A DNA stretch of 64,000 bases from an uncultured Gammaproteobacteria bacterium (GCA_964629685.1 CAZVTT010000001.1:17877-81876); one strand, 5' to 3'; counted from the first letter of the stretch, positions 23,276-34,193 are shown. The notes: generated by a model not told the origin, from the sequence alone. Translations and numbers: made by a program.

Positions 23276-23348
23276 TGGACCTGGGCGGAGTCGAACCGCC
23301 TACCTCTTCATTGCAAATGAAGCGTTCAACCAGGTAAACTTCAGGCCC
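23276..23348 (-). tRNA. tRNA-Ala (anticodon TGC)
   Basis: Minus-strand GGGCCTGAAGTTTACCTGGTTGAACGCTTCATTTGCAATGAAGAGGTAGGCGGTTCGACTCCGCCCAGGTCCA. G3:U70 identity pair. Anticodon loop TTTGCAA. T-arm GGTTCGACTCC. CCA not encoded. Confidence 0.9.
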
Positions 23349-23466
23349 TTCGTCGCTTCGCTCCTCAGGGCTAGCCCTGAACAAATTCTAATTCGTGAAG
23401 GGTAAACCCTTCGTTCATTCGAAAGGCCTTGATCCGGTTTGTTTCTGTCCAATATTGTTAAACGTG

Positions 23467-23502
23467 CAAAAAAAATAAAAAAACCCCGCTTGGTGCGGGG
23501 GG
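23467..23502 (-). terminator. rho-independent terminator downstream of the 1115 aa membrane-protein gene
   Basis: Minus strand: GC-rich hairpin CCCCGCACCAAGCGGGG followed by TTTTTTTATTTTTTTT. Confidence 0.65.
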
Positions 23503-23718
23503 CATAAAAGCACACTTCAAACAGAAGCTAATCCGTGCGCAATCGAACAGTAGTTGTGCTTGGATTCAAAAAAATTTGTTTGCTTCTCATGTAGTAAAGT
23601 TGTGCTCGGTCCGTAGAAAGTATATTATCCACGGTCAATGCCCTGCATCAAAGGCAAAAGCTATTGTAATACCTGCGTAAATTCTTGTCAATACAATAAA
23701 TGAGACAATTTTATTGAT

Positions 23719-26700
23719 TTACCGTTTCTTTTTCATGGATCTCAGAAAACGTGGCACCGAAATAACCAATCCACCGAGAAACACAACAATATTCAGTAAG
23801 ATAAACACCGTTACCATTCCGCCTCCGGAAAGCAGGCTTAAGCCGAAACTACCTCCACCGTACGATGAATATCCCATTGGTGTACCCATATTTAACGATC
23901 CTCCACCGGTAATTGCTCCCATAGCCGGATTGGCTATTCCACTGGATTTAAACTCCATAGTGTTTAACGAATTTGTACTAAACATATCCATCATGGGCGC
24001 AGTATTCGTTATGCGCAGCGGCATAACCGGCATAACCGGGGGCTGCACGGAATCCGTTTCATATCTTCCGGTACCCTGGGACTGTTGATCTAACTGCATT
24101 TGCTGAATCGAATTTACCAAAGCCAGACTAGAAGAAAATGGCGTCACAATCCCGGCCGCCTGAGCTTGACTATTAAATGCATCCAATTTCGGAATATCTG
24201 CCCAGAGATCTCCTCCGGAATATAAGCGAATACCGGCGTAAATGGCTTGTTTTACTGAAATAGCTTCCTCCGGACTCACGCTCTCCCGCTTTTCGGGCAA
24301 AGGATTAGTTGGTTTTACTATATTCGTCCCTAAACCCTGAAACGAACCCTGAGATATCGGGGAACCCTGACTCCGTAACCAAAACCACCCGTTTCTGGCC
24401 AATTCACCCTCACCTAACCGTTTGGGTAAACGATAATACGCCTCGGCTAAACTATCTACTACCGTGCCACCACTCGCAAGAAGTGACGTCGTTACGGTAT
24501 CCGGATAAGTAGGAATCTTTCCGTACACATGATAAATAAATACCGGCTGATTCAGCCGAACTCCCCGCTCGTCTGCAGAATCGGTAAAAATTGGTTGCGT
24601 ATTTCCGGTCAGCAGAATTACTGCATCATAATTCTTGGCTATTGTCTGTAAGTCCGACAGCGTCGGCGGCAATCCAAAAAAGGCTTTTGGCGGAATAAAC
24701 GAACCTTTCGTTAACGGTATTAAATCGCTTATCCCGCTATTATTGGCATAATACACATCGGCCATCCCACCCTGTAGGAACGTTTCATTGTCCTTAAACA
24801 ATTTTTCCAAGTAACCGGTTAACACCTTACTGTTTGCGGCCGAAATATCTATAACCAAGGCCAATGATTTGTCCGATCTCTGGGGCAAGACCTTAGCCTG
24901 ACCCGCACATACGTTGGTTTTATCATCAAACCCGAACGTTACCGCTACTCCCCCAAATGTCTGCGTACCGAATTTAACTTGGTCATTACAATATGCCATG
25001 CGTTGCGCGGTATCAGGAATTATGCTGTTTTCCTGATCCACTGCCAATATTTTTCCATTTACGGTAGCCGTCTGTTTCAAATTCAGCTCCGTCATATTCT
25101 GCTTTTTACTGAACGCAGGAAGCGGAATTCCAGACCAGCCTACCGGGGTCACATAGGTAAACCGTACTTTTTGGTTCCGACCATTTAACGTCGTGCGGTC
25201 ATTCGTCCCGGGAATTGGAAACACCCGTAAGCGATATTGTCTGGGTCCGACCTGTTCAATGAGCGCCGGATCACGTCTGCGTACCAATTGTTGTTCGTAT
25301 GTTCTGCGCGCGGCACCGCGAGGGGCAATTTGTCCCTGATATTCAAGCTCAGGACCTAAATCCAAATCCGTAACTACCGCGTCAGCCGGAAGCGAAAACT
25401 CATAAATTACTTCCTGCTCGGTAGAAGTAGTATTTCGATACTCCTCTTCATAAGTAACTGTCGCAAATAGACTTGTCTGTCCCGTTACGGCAGAAATCTG
25501 TCTGGTCACAATTTCTACATTTTTGGAGCTGGGTACTGTAGCTGAAATGGTCGTACCGAACGGTACGCCGTATACTGCCTGGTAATTCGTATACAGTTGT
25601 TCTGCCGTTACTCCGTAGGATTTATATACAAATGGTGATGCGAGTGAATAGAAAATTGATTCCAACCCCTTTGCCACACTCTCGGGGAGATGTAATTTAT
25701 TCCTGTACTGCGCAGACAGCCACGTATCTCCATCTTTAAACGGATACTGTGCCGAAAGCGTACTCCACTCCGTAATTGCCGATCCGACCTCTTTTTCCTT
25801 ACCTGTCAGCAGTACTGCTTTCTCCATTTTATCCGTAAACGTACCTGCATCATGGAACGTGGCCAATGCCTTGAGTAACGCGCTGGAAGAAGAGAACAGT
25901 GAACCCACAAAAACCAACGTTAACACGGCAAAAGGTATTCCCGCCCATATAACAGCTGTCCGTTTTGAATATTTCGCAGCTACTGTTTTGCCGGCCTTCC
26001 ACACTAATAGTCCCAGCAATACCGGCAATGCAAACGGTACAATACTCAGGAACAGTCCGCCAAATAAACCCAATGCGGAAAATAAAAGTGTTAATGCAGT
26101 CCCAAAAGAAAATGCCGGCGTCCTGGGATATGTCGGCAACATCAGATCGCCGGATGAGAAAGGCGGGCGAATTACCCAGCGGAATGAATCGATAGCAGCG
26201 GTAAAAATAGAAGAAACCAAAAGCGGTAGTACCAAAAGTAATAATAAGCTTAAATACCCTACCACTACAAAAGCAAACGAACGCAAGAGCAACCCCCAAC
26301 GCGATTCGCCGCTTTTTTCCTCTGAGGTTATGAATACAAGCGGCAACGATAATCCAAAAAGCCAAAACAATCCCAAAGAGGAAGGCAGACTTGGCATAAA
26401 CATTACCGGCAACGTCAGAACAACCAGAGGAACTTCACCCCAGAATAAAATTTTTCCCAGTAATCCCGGATGCGTATATAACTTCCCGCGGATTACGATA
26501 AAAAGACACACGTACGGCAACAACAATAAGATCAGACCGGCCAGCAGATTCGCGGATGGCTGTTGTACAAGCGTACTTCTTCCCACGGAATTAAACGAGG
26601 CGGATAACAGATAAGGTATAAACGTCAAACCCAAAAAAATGTTATAAATTCCGAATAATCCGTTATAAATCCAAAACAGTACCGCTGAGAATGAAAACGG

Positions 26701-27066
26701 CGGCGTAAATCCGGGAATTATTCCGGGAGTATTCCGCATATCCTCGCGTACGGGGACCTGAGTGCTTTCCGTGTGGGATATCGCTTCGATAATAACCTGA
26801 CGGGCTAGAGATGCTGCCTCGTCCTTAAAGCCGCTGGGTGTCACATCCTTTCCTTCGCTCACAAGATGTACGGTACCGCTTTGTTCATCAACTACCGGAG
26901 TAGTACTAATGGGAGCTTTGGGGTATTTTCTGGTGTATTCCGAAATAATCCGACTATGAATCAGCCCCAATATATCGGAGTGCCTTATCCCTTTTCCTAA
27001 AGCAATGTCGAGCAATGCTGCAAATTCACTTGGCATAAAACGGCCTACGTAGTGTGAGTATAACAC
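23719..27066 (-). CDS. large polytopic membrane protein with extracytoplasmic domain (possible VIT/vWA-like region) and C-terminal TM anchor
   Basis: 1115 aa. About 10 TM helices in the N-terminal 420 aa. Long soluble segment. Gly-rich tail then a final TM helix plus KKKR. The VIT/vWA resemblance (EFSLPADAVVTDLDL...; LALVIDISAANS) is tentative. Confidence 0.45.
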   Translation of the reverse strand: MLYSHYVGRFMPSEFAALLDIALGKGIRHSDILGLIHSRIISEYTRKYPKAPISTTPVVDEQSGTVHLVSEGKDVTPSGFKDEAASLARQVIIEAISHTESTQVPVREDMRNTPGIIPGFTPPFSFSAVLFWIYNGLFGIYNIFLGLTFIPYLLSASFNSVGRSTLVQQPSANLLAGLILLLLPYVCLFIVIRGKLYTHPGLLGKILFWGEVPLVVLTLPVMFMPSLPSSLGLFWLFGLSLPLVFITSEEKSGESRWGLLLRSFAFVVVGYLSLLLLLVLPLLVSSIFTAAIDSFRWVIRPPFSSGDLMLPTYPRTPAFSFGTALTLLFSALGLFGGLFLSIVPFALPVLLGLLVWKAGKTVAAKYSKRTAVIWAGIPFAVLTLVFVGSLFSSSSALLKALATFHDAGTFTDKMEKAVLLTGKEKEVGSAITEWSTLSAQYPFKDGDTWLSAQYRNKLHLPESVAKGLESIFYSLASPFVYKSYGVTAEQLYTNYQAVYGVPFGTTISATVPSSKNVEIVTRQISAVTGQTSLFATVTYEEEYRNTTSTEQEVIYEFSLPADAVVTDLDLGPELEYQGQIAPRGAARRTYEQQLVRRRDPALIEQVGPRQYRLRVFPIPGTNDRTTLNGRNQKVRFTYVTPVGWSGIPLPAFSKKQNMTELNLKQTATVNGKILAVDQENSIIPDTAQRMAYCNDQVKFGTQTFGGVAVTFGFDDKTNVCAGQAKVLPQRSDKSLALVIDISAANSKVLTGYLEKLFKDNETFLQGGMADVYYANNSGISDLIPLTKGSFIPPKAFFGLPPTLSDLQTIAKNYDAVILLTGNTQPIFTDSADERGVRLNQPVFIYHVYGKIPTYPDTVTTSLLASGGTVVDSLAEAYYRLPKRLGEGELARNGWFWLRSQGSPISQGSFQGLGTNIVKPTNPLPEKRESVSPEEAISVKQAIYAGIRLYSGGDLWADIPKLDAFNSQAQAAGIVTPFSSSLALVNSIQQMQLDQQSQGTGRYETDSVQPPVMPVMPLRITNTAPMMDMFSTNSLNTMEFKSSGIANPAMGAITGGGSLNMGTPMGYSSYGGGSFGLSLLSGGGMVTVFILLNIVVFLGGLVISVPRFLRSMKKKR

Positions 27067-27186
27067 GAATATACTCCTATCAGAAAAACGATAATGAGGG
27101 AGAGAAACGTAACGACAAATGTAGAATCATACCCCACGGGTAATATCAGATAGCAACAACATTACCCGTGGTACGGAAAATACGAG

Positions 27187-27483
27187 TTAATCAATCTGAA
27201 TTCTTTGTTGTTTAAGCCACTCTATGATCGGATCATGAAAATCGGTAGTGCGGTAAAGAGGTTTCCCGGCGCGGATACCGAACAGAACGGCTGTCGGAAC
27301 ATCCAGTCCTTGTTCATAGTGGTATCCCCACGTTCTTTCGAGTCCCCATACCGATTCCCGCCGGACTTCAACTTCAATCACAGCGCAGTGCTGTCCCCCG
27401 TCGAAAAACTTCCACTGAATCCGCAGATTGTCACTCACGGTGTGAGTCCCAGTTTGTGTCGGCTGACCTTGTGCAAATTTCAT
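27187..27483 (-). CDS. hypothetical protein (98 aa)
   Basis: ORF with coding-like composition; no motif recognised. Confidence 0.35.
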   Translation of the reverse strand: MKFAQGQPTQTGTHTVSDNLRIQWKFFDGGQHCAVIEVEVRRESVWGLERTWGYHYEQGLDVPTAVLFGIRAGKPLYRTTDFHDPIIEWLKQQRIQID

Positions 27484-27558
27484 AGCCTGCTCCTGTCGAA
27501 CGTACGATAATTTTTTTCAGGGCCAAACCCCGTGCTCATCCAACGGACGAACCTCCCT

Positions 27559-27578
27559 GTACATATATATATGTACAA
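27559..27578. promoter_or_regulatory. perfect 20-bp palindrome TGTACATATATATATGTACA in a divergent intergenic region
   Basis: Palindrome between divergently oriented genes (27483 minus start, 27734 plus start); candidate operator. Confidence 0.3.
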
Positions 27579-27733
27579 AGACGTCCGCCCGTTGCTCTCC
27601 CTCATTATGGAAAAGTGCGTACTATAGCACAGTCAAAGCTAACATTAACTGCTATAGGTTGCCTGAAGTGTACAAAATATGGTTGTTCGCGTCAAACTGA
27701 GCTAATTCACTGACACGGTATAATACCGACAGA

Positions 27734-28720
27734 ATGAAATTCATTCGGGAAAAAATTGCCGTTATCGTTACCGCTTTACTACTTTCATTAGGAATTATTT
27801 CCCTGGCTTTAGTTCAATACGCACATAAACCGGAAACAAAAACACCGGTAACAATTACCAATATACCGTCAAATGCATATACATTCGCAACGCCGGATAA
27901 AATCTTTAAATACTTCTTCGAACCTACGCCGAATACGGATATTACCTGGACGCCTGACTGGTTGGCGACACCGATAGTAAATCATATAAATAGCGACACT
28001 ATTCACGATACCCGTGAATTTTCGCCGAATAAAAAAACCGGTATATACCGTATTGTTACTATCGGAGATTCCTTTACATTCGGACAGTTCGTCCGCAGCG
28101 AGGAAAACTATTCTTCACGACTGGAAGTGCTACTGAACTCATCTCTCAAATGTCCGGGTATATCCGGTTATGAAGTTATTAATCTGGGTGTCTATGGCTA
28201 CGACGTTACGTATAGCATGGAACGTCTTAAACGACGCGGATTAAAATATACCCCGGATCTGGTGATATATCTGGTAAACGAATGGAACATTACCTCGCTC
28301 AACGAACAACGCATTCCGCTTCAGGAATATCTGAATACTAAAGGTATTTTAACGTACGATCCGAACAACCAGAAAATTAACCCTGCGGTCATTTTAGCCA
28401 TAGAAGCGGTGCGAAAAACTATGGGTATTACTACAATTGTAAATACACACGCACAGGCCATAGACTCATTGCGTCAACTCTATCGCGGCCCGATGATAGT
28501 CATCAGTAAACATTTTCCCGATAAATCATTGAATGAATTTCTCACAAAGGAAACGCAAAAAAATTCCATCATATACGACGATCTTGGCAATATCCTGGAC
28601 GATCCGCAGTCTTTATTAGCGGATCGACACCCGAATGCATTGGGTCACTCACGTATTGCCGGAGCTGTCCGGAAATCTATTACTTCACACATACTGACTG
28701 CCTGTGTTAGCACCCGTTAA
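27734..28720 (+). CDS. SGNH/GDSL-type hydrolase, membrane-anchored (paralog 2)
   Basis: Block I TIGDSFTFGQF; N-terminal TM anchor; same architecture as 18333..19439. Confidence 0.6.
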   Translation: MKFIREKIAVIVTALLLSLGIISLALVQYAHKPETKTPVTITNIPSNAYTFATPDKIFKYFFEPTPNTDITWTPDWLATPIVNHINSDTIHDTREFSPNKKTGIYRIVTIGDSFTFGQFVRSEENYSSRLEVLLNSSLKCPGISGYEVINLGVYGYDVTYSMERLKRRGLKYTPDLVIYLVNEWNITSLNEQRIPLQEYLNTKGILTYDPNNQKINPAVILAIEAVRKTMGITTIVNTHAQAIDSLRQLYRGPMIVISKHFPDKSLNEFLTKETQKNSIIYDDLGNILDDPQSLLADRHPNALGHSRIAGAVRKSITSHILTACVSTR

Positions 28721-30108
28721 TACTGCCATACTAAGCGTCCGGAACGTGTGGCTTGGTCCAGTGTTGCAAGAATGTTTTCGACAATGAGTTGATCACCCTG
28801 CCGCGTGGTATGTCCGAATATTCCGGCAAAATGATCATAAAAATACTCTTCAAATGCACCCTGCTGCAGAGCCGCCTCAAAATTTTTTTCATTCTCCACA
28901 AATAGAATTTCGTCTTGATTGGGGAAATATTCCCGTATGGTTTTAACATCCATCCGGGGATATTGCATCGCCACATGCACGGCACCGGTATCACGGATCA
29001 TTTTTGATATTTCGGTATAGTGATATGCCGTAAGCGCAGGTACTTCCCTTCCTGATACGGGGACTAGCAGGGGTTCTTGACGTGCATTAACCGTGCCTAA
29101 CCGTCGTTTTATTTCGGTATCGGATAATCCAAGTTTTGCGTAAACCCGCACCAATTGCTGCAACACCGTATCGGGTGCATCAGGGACAGTCAGGGAAGAC
29201 TCCAATAATGTACGTGCCTCGGCAAGTTGATTATCCCGTTCATAATACTCTGCCAGCGTTACACTAAACTCAGCACTTACCGTGGCCAAAGACAAGTGCT
29301 CTGAAACCAGCTTACCGGCACGTTGCATATCGTTTTTCCGCAGTGACAGTTGCAGTAACCCGTTCACTACCCGGGGACTGGCCGATGCTTCCCGGTACGC
29401 CACGGCAAATTGCTCTTCCGCCGGTTCAAACTGATTTTTTTCCAAATACAGCCATCCTAACCGTATCCGTACCGCCGTTTCGCACTGCTGTGCACATACA
29501 TTAAGATAATGCGTTATGGCTCCGTTCATATCTCCATTGGCCCTGAACTGATCCTCAATTACAACCTCTTCAGGAGAGATATCCCGGACCACCGGTTCCG
29601 AAATCCAAGAGCGCACCTGTTCCGTTCCCATGTGTGAAGACGGGGTGAACCGTTCTGCCAGATACTTCACCAGTTTGTATATTCTAAAATCGGTTAACAA
29701 TAAACGCACTTCGGATTGCCAATTTTTTTCATACCGGAAAAACAATGTCCCGTCATTAATTCCCATCATGGTAATTACCATTTGTGGTCTGTACTTCCGC
29801 AATAACTCAGGTAACCTCGCTGTTATATACGCAGTATTCGTACCTCCCAATCCCTCATTTATTACCGTAAACGGTACCGTAGGATATGCGGCAAGCAATC
29901 GTTCCGCCAGTTGTTTCCCCCAGGAAGTAAATACCGAAGACGTCGTCGATTCCCCTATCAACAGTACGGTATACCCGTCTGGGGTTTTCCTATTCCGGTC
30001 ATGGTAGTAAGAAATCACCCAACCGGATACCCGCAGGAGAATTTCCAGAATAATCAGCGAGAGAATAAAACTGGTGCCGAGAATGGCTATAATCTTTCGC
30101 ATATTCAA
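28717..30108 (-). CDS. membrane-anchored SGNH-like hydrolase domain fused to TPR-like repeats (paralog 3)
   Basis: N-terminal TM. LLIGESTTSS block-I-like motif and MMGINDG block. C-terminal half is helical and repeat-like (TPR-type). Confidence 0.45.
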   Translation of the reverse strand: MNMRKIIAILGTSFILSLIILEILLRVSGWVISYYHDRNRKTPDGYTVLLIGESTTSSVFTSWGKQLAERLLAAYPTVPFTVINEGLGGTNTAYITARLPELLRKYRPQMVITMMGINDGTLFFRYEKNWQSEVRLLLTDFRIYKLVKYLAERFTPSSHMGTEQVRSWISEPVVRDISPEEVVIEDQFRANGDMNGAITHYLNVCAQQCETAVRIRLGWLYLEKNQFEPAEEQFAVAYREASASPRVVNGLLQLSLRKNDMQRAGKLVSEHLSLATVSAEFSVTLAEYYERDNQLAEARTLLESSLTVPDAPDTVLQQLVRVYAKLGLSDTEIKRRLGTVNARQEPLLVPVSGREVPALTAYHYTEISKMIRDTGAVHVAMQYPRMDVKTIREYFPNQDEILFVENEKNFEAALQQGAFEEYFYDHFAGIFGHTTRQGDQLIVENILATLDQATRSGRLVWQY

Positions 30109-30124
30109 TCGTATATACCTGCGC

Positions 30125-30898
30125 CTACGCTATTTTTTCGGCTGCATTTAACAGAGGAACTGCAAAATCATTTACGATAGCACCTATCATATTCCCTTTA
30201 TGCAATACGGATAAAGCACCGGGAATTTCAAATACAAAAGCCCGTTCTACTCTGGCGGCACCACGGTATCCTAAATCTACCGCATGATTTTCGAATGTCG
30301 TATCATAATGCCCCAGCGCCGGTACGAGGCAATACCCGTTATCGACATAATTTTTCAGTTCCGGATCATCTTCTCCGGAATGAAACGCATAACCTAAATT
30401 ACTCAAACGACCCATCAGTCGCTGCCGGCATTCATTGACGATATCGTCCAGAGGAGTTGGAGCCTCCGTTCTCGGCGTATCATAAAAGTAAAACGGAAAT
30501 TCATGGTCTATATGAAATGAAAATACATAGCGTATGGGAAACTTATCTATAGCCTGGCGCAGTAATTGGGCACGGGGATAAACAGGCATGCTCATCGGTT
30601 CGGGAAACGCACGGTTTAAATCTACTCCGGCATATCCGCGTGTTCCGGCAGTAATCGCTTCCGGATTTGCCCGAAAAATCCGCAGGTGTGATTGTGTAAG
30701 CGATCGGTCCATCACCGCACTATTCAGGTGATGTCGTAACCGCCCAATCACTCCGAATTCATCACCATGTATACCGGAGATAAACAATGCTCCCGGAGGC
30801 TTTCCGGTTTGAAAAACCTCATACTCTAACCGTTGTCCGTTAAGATGCTCGAACCGGTTCGCAATAAAACCTAAACTACTGGTTTCAAACTCCCGCAT
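30125..30898 (-). CDS. succinylglutamate desuccinylase/aspartoacylase (AstE/AspA, M14-like) family zinc hydrolase
   Basis: Zinc-binding-like GIHGDEFGV and the DLNRAF motif characteristic of the AstE_AspA family. Confidence 0.5.
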   Translation of the reverse strand: MREFETSSLGFIANRFEHLNGQRLEYEVFQTGKPPGALFISGIHGDEFGVIGRLRHHLNSAVMDRSLTQSHLRIFRANPEAITAGTRGYAGVDLNRAFPEPMSMPVYPRAQLLRQAIDKFPIRYVFSFHIDHEFPFYFYDTPRTEAPTPLDDIVNECRQRLMGRLSNLGYAFHSGEDDPELKNYVDNGYCLVPALGHYDTTFENHAVDLGYRGAARVERAFVFEIPGALSVLHKGNMIGAIVNDFAVPLLNAAEKIA

Positions 30899-30941
30899 AC
30901 CGGCGCAGTATAAGCCGTTTCCGCGGGAGAAACAATTGTAC

Positions 30942-32297
30942 TCAGGTCACCACACGGAACACAGTATTGCTGGAGTTTACCAGTCGCCGCAGTGCCACGA
31001 TAAAAGCGGCTTTCCGCATATCCGTTTTGTACTCTTTGGCAGTATCCCAGACAGCTGTTGTGGCTTTTTCCATCTTTACGGTTAACCGCTCATGTACCTC
31101 TTCTTTTGACCAATGCTGATTATTTAGATTTTGTTCCCATTCAAAACAGGAAACGGTAACACCACCGCTGTTACTCAAGATATCCGGTACCACCACCGTC
31201 TTTTTGGCAAACAAAATGTCATCCGCTTCCGTAGTCGTCGGTCCGTTTGCCATTTCCAGAATAATTTTTGCCTTAATATCCGCAGCATTCTTCACGGTAA
31301 TCACATTTTCCAATGCCGAAGGCACGAGTATATCCACAGGTAACGTCAATAATTCTTCATTGGATATAGGCTTTCCTTTAGACAAATCACAAACTGAACC
31401 GGAACAGTAACAACCTGCCAAATATCCGTTTTTCCGTTTACACGCAGCGGTAAGTTCGGGATTAATACCTTCAGGAACGTGAATGCCCCCTCTACTGTCG
31501 GAAACTGCTACCACTCGGATACCCATTTCCGCCAAAAAATTAGTAACGTTATACCCGACATTTCCAAATCCCTGTACGGCTGCAGTTAGCCCTTCAGGCT
31601 GTATCTTCAACATGTTAAGCACGGAACGGAGCGCTATTGCTCCTCCTTTTCCGGTAGCTTCTTCCCTTCCTTCACTCCCACCCTCTTCAATTCGTTTACC
31701 GGTAAAGGTTCCCGTCAGCCGTGCCAGCATATGTGTGGGTAAATCCGATTGTCTTTTTTTGTATTCCAAAAACTCATCCAACATCCAGCCCATTATGACG
31801 CCATTTGTGTTTACATCCGGTGCAGGCACATCCAGATCCGGACCGATTACGTCGGCAATTGCCCGCACATAGGCACGCGACAACCGTTCCAATTCTCCGG
31901 TTGATAGTGTTTTAGGATCCACGCTTACGCCGCCTTTTCCGCCCCCCAAAGGAAGATCTACCACAGCACATTTCATTGCCATCCAAAATGATAGTGCTTT
32001 AACTTCATCCACATCCACCTCCGGATGAAACCGGATACCACCTTTATACGGACCACGAAAATTGTTGTATTGCACTCTAAATCCATGAAACATCTGCAGT
32101 GACCCATCATCACGACTTACCGGTACCATCACATCCACCATACGCATGGGTTGTTGGAGAACGGCCAACGTGCGCCGTATCTGTTCCGCTTCTACCGCGG
32201 AAGCTCCCGCAAACAAATACTCTACTGCCCGTTCGAGCTGAACTAAAGCCGTCTGAAATGGATTAACTGATTGCATATGCTCCTCCTCTACTACCAT
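30942..32297 (-). CDS. gdhA: glutamate dehydrogenase (Glu/Leu/Phe/Val dehydrogenase family)
   Basis: Catalytic Lys motif LPLGGGKGGV. Dinucleotide-binding GFGNVG. Overall GDH length. Confidence 0.9.
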   Translation of the reverse strand: MVVEEEHMQSVNPFQTALVQLERAVEYLFAGASAVEAEQIRRTLAVLQQPMRMVDVMVPVSRDDGSLQMFHGFRVQYNNFRGPYKGGIRFHPEVDVDEVKALSFWMAMKCAVVDLPLGGGKGGVSVDPKTLSTGELERLSRAYVRAIADVIGPDLDVPAPDVNTNGVIMGWMLDEFLEYKKRQSDLPTHMLARLTGTFTGKRIEEGGSEGREEATGKGGAIALRSVLNMLKIQPEGLTAAVQGFGNVGYNVTNFLAEMGIRVVAVSDSRGGIHVPEGINPELTAACKRKNGYLAGCYCSGSVCDLSKGKPISNEELLTLPVDILVPSALENVITVKNAADIKAKIILEMANGPTTTEADDILFAKKTVVVPDILSNSGGVTVSCFEWEQNLNNQHWSKEEVHERLTVKMEKATTAVWDTAKEYKTDMRKAAFIVALRRLVNSSNTVFRVVT

Positions 32298-32424
32298 AAC
32301 AAAATACTGTTTTCAGGTTTTGACAAAGCACTGACATATTTACAGAAAGGGATAATACATCCTGTACTCTCATTTCCACTGCAGAACAGTAAACAACCAT
32401 ACCGTTCGGAAACGAACGTGAGGA

Positions 32425-33153
32425 TTAATCGTAGAACAATTCCGTTTTTATTTGGGAACGGGGCACCCCGAGAGATTCCAATTGCGGTATAACTTCCGAC
32501 ACCATTTGTCCGGCACCGCATAAGTAAAAATCACAATTCTTCAAATCCCCGACTTCACTATATATATGTGCCGTTACCCGACCCCTCATGCCTTGCCATT
32601 GTTCAGACGGCTGTGACAAAGTTATATGGAAAGAAAAATTCGGATGTGTTTCGGCCAACCGGGCAAATTCGGTAGCGAGAAAAATATCTTCTTCATGCCG
32701 GAGTCCCCAGAATATTTCCAACGGCGTAGTACCGCCTTTCGCCAAATAATCCAAAATCATGGAACGGAACGGTGCTATTCCTGTGCCCGTGGCGACAAAG
32801 ACTTTTTTTCTGGTACTTTCCGCATCAAATGAAAATACTCCCAGCGGTGCCATAAATAGTGCAGTATCCCCGACCTGACGCTCCAGCATCCACTTGGACC
32901 CCGGACCTCCGGGCATCACGTCATAATAAATAGTTAATGCCGTGGTTTCCTGTGGTGGAGAGCCTATGGAAATAGCTCTGTTAATTCCTTCCGCCACGTA
33001 TATCATCAAATTCTGACCGGGACGGAATGTAATAACGCTCGGTTCTTTCAGAGTAAATACGGCACGGTAAACCCGAGCGCTGATTTTCTCTTTTTCGCTC
33101 AACACGGCACTAAACTTTTGGGGTTTTATCCGTGGTACATCCATACCTGTCAC
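32425..33153 (-). CDS. FNR-like FAD/NAD(P)-binding oxidoreductase (ferredoxin-NADP reductase fold)
   Basis: FAD motif RAISIGS (RxYS-type) and NAD(P) motif VFVATGTGIAPF. Stop overlaps the trxB start. Confidence 0.7.
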   Translation of the reverse strand: MTGMDVPRIKPQKFSAVLSEKEKISARVYRAVFTLKEPSVITFRPGQNLMIYVAEGINRAISIGSPPQETTALTIYYDVMPGGPGSKWMLERQVGDTALFMAPLGVFSFDAESTRKKVFVATGTGIAPFRSMILDYLAKGGTTPLEIFWGLRHEEDIFLATEFARLAETHPNFSFHITLSQPSEQWQGMRGRVTAHIYSEVGDLKNCDFYLCGAGQMVSEVIPQLESLGVPRSQIKTELFYD

Positions 33154-34181
33154 TACTCTTGTTCAGCGAGCCAGGTTTGGACATCAATTGCTGACATGCA
33201 TCCGAAACCTGCAGCCGTAATGGCTTGTTTGTATCTGGCGTCGTGGACATCACCCGCAGTAAAAATACCGGGAATGTTAGTTTTCGTAAAATATTTTAGT
33301 CCGCCTTTTTCATCACGCTCTTCTTCGCGCAGCACATACCCATGACTGTCCGTATGCAAATCCGTAAATACTTTGGTATTCGGATCTAAACCTATGGCCA
33401 CGAATACACCGATCCTGGGTAGCAACCACTGTGTTTCGGACTGTTTCGTCCCGCCGAATTTTTTCACTAATTCATCAAAGTTCTGTACGTTTTGTTTAGG
33501 AGAAATAGCTGTCGTTTCCAGTATCATTCCCGTTAAGTTAGGTTCGCCTACCAAATCAACTACCCGGGTGTTATACAGAAATCTAACCTGTTTTAAAGCG
33601 CTTACTTTTTCCTGCATTGCCTGTTGCGCCCTAAACTCATCACGACGGTGTATCAGAATAACGTCAGGACTTACCTTCGCGATTACCTGCGTTTCTTCCA
33701 TAGCGGTGTCCCCGCCACCTACAACTGCTACCGGTTTCCCCCGGAAAAAAAACGCATCGCAGGGAGCACAGGAAGAAACACCATGTCCGCGTAATCGGGC
33801 TTCACTGGGTACACCCAACCATCGTGTATCCGCGCCGGTAGCCACTATTACTGTTTTTCCCCGAACGGTTTGTCCATCTTCCAGAGTTACGGTAAATGGT
33901 TTTTTATCCGTTTGTAATCCCGTGGCCTGCAGATCAAGAATTGGCACACCCAGATGCGTCACATGGTCACGCATATTCTTCATCAGCTGCGGTCCCATGA
34001 TTTGCCCCATTCCGGGGAAATTTTCCACTTCAGTTGTCAGCTGCAGTTGTCCACCCCATGTCTTCCCAGCCACTAATATGGTCGATAATCCAAACCGCTG
34101 ACAATAAATGGAAGCAGTTAACCCTGCAGGTCCCGAACCGAGAATAACCACGTCAAATAGTGTTTTATTATCTTGTGCCAT
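33153..34181 (-). CDS. trxB: thioredoxin-disulfide reductase
   Basis: FAD GxGxxG VVILGSGPAGLTA. Redox CxxC (SCAPCDA). Second Rossmann motif VAVVGGGDTAME. Confidence 0.85.
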   Translation of the reverse strand: MAQDNKTLFDVVILGSGPAGLTASIYCQRFGLSTILVAGKTWGGQLQLTTEVENFPGMGQIMGPQLMKNMRDHVTHLGVPILDLQATGLQTDKKPFTVTLEDGQTVRGKTVIVATGADTRWLGVPSEARLRGHGVSSCAPCDAFFFRGKPVAVVGGGDTAMEETQVIAKVSPDVILIHRRDEFRAQQAMQEKVSALKQVRFLYNTRVVDLVGEPNLTGMILETTAISPKQNVQNFDELVKKFGGTKQSETQWLLPRIGVFVAIGLDPNTKVFTDLHTDSHGYVLREEERDEKGGLKYFTKTNIPGIFTAGDVHDARYKQAITAAGFGCMSAIDVQTWLAEQE

Positions 34182-34193
34182 TTCCCTCCTCGG

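Noticed and set aside
25859-26614. 251 aa + strand ORF inside the 1115 aa gene
   Set aside because: Antisense shadow ORF with low-complexity Asn/Lys/Pro composition and no upstream signals.
33373-34101. 242 aa + strand ORF
   Set aside because: Antisense to trxB, whose motifs are unambiguous on the minus strand.
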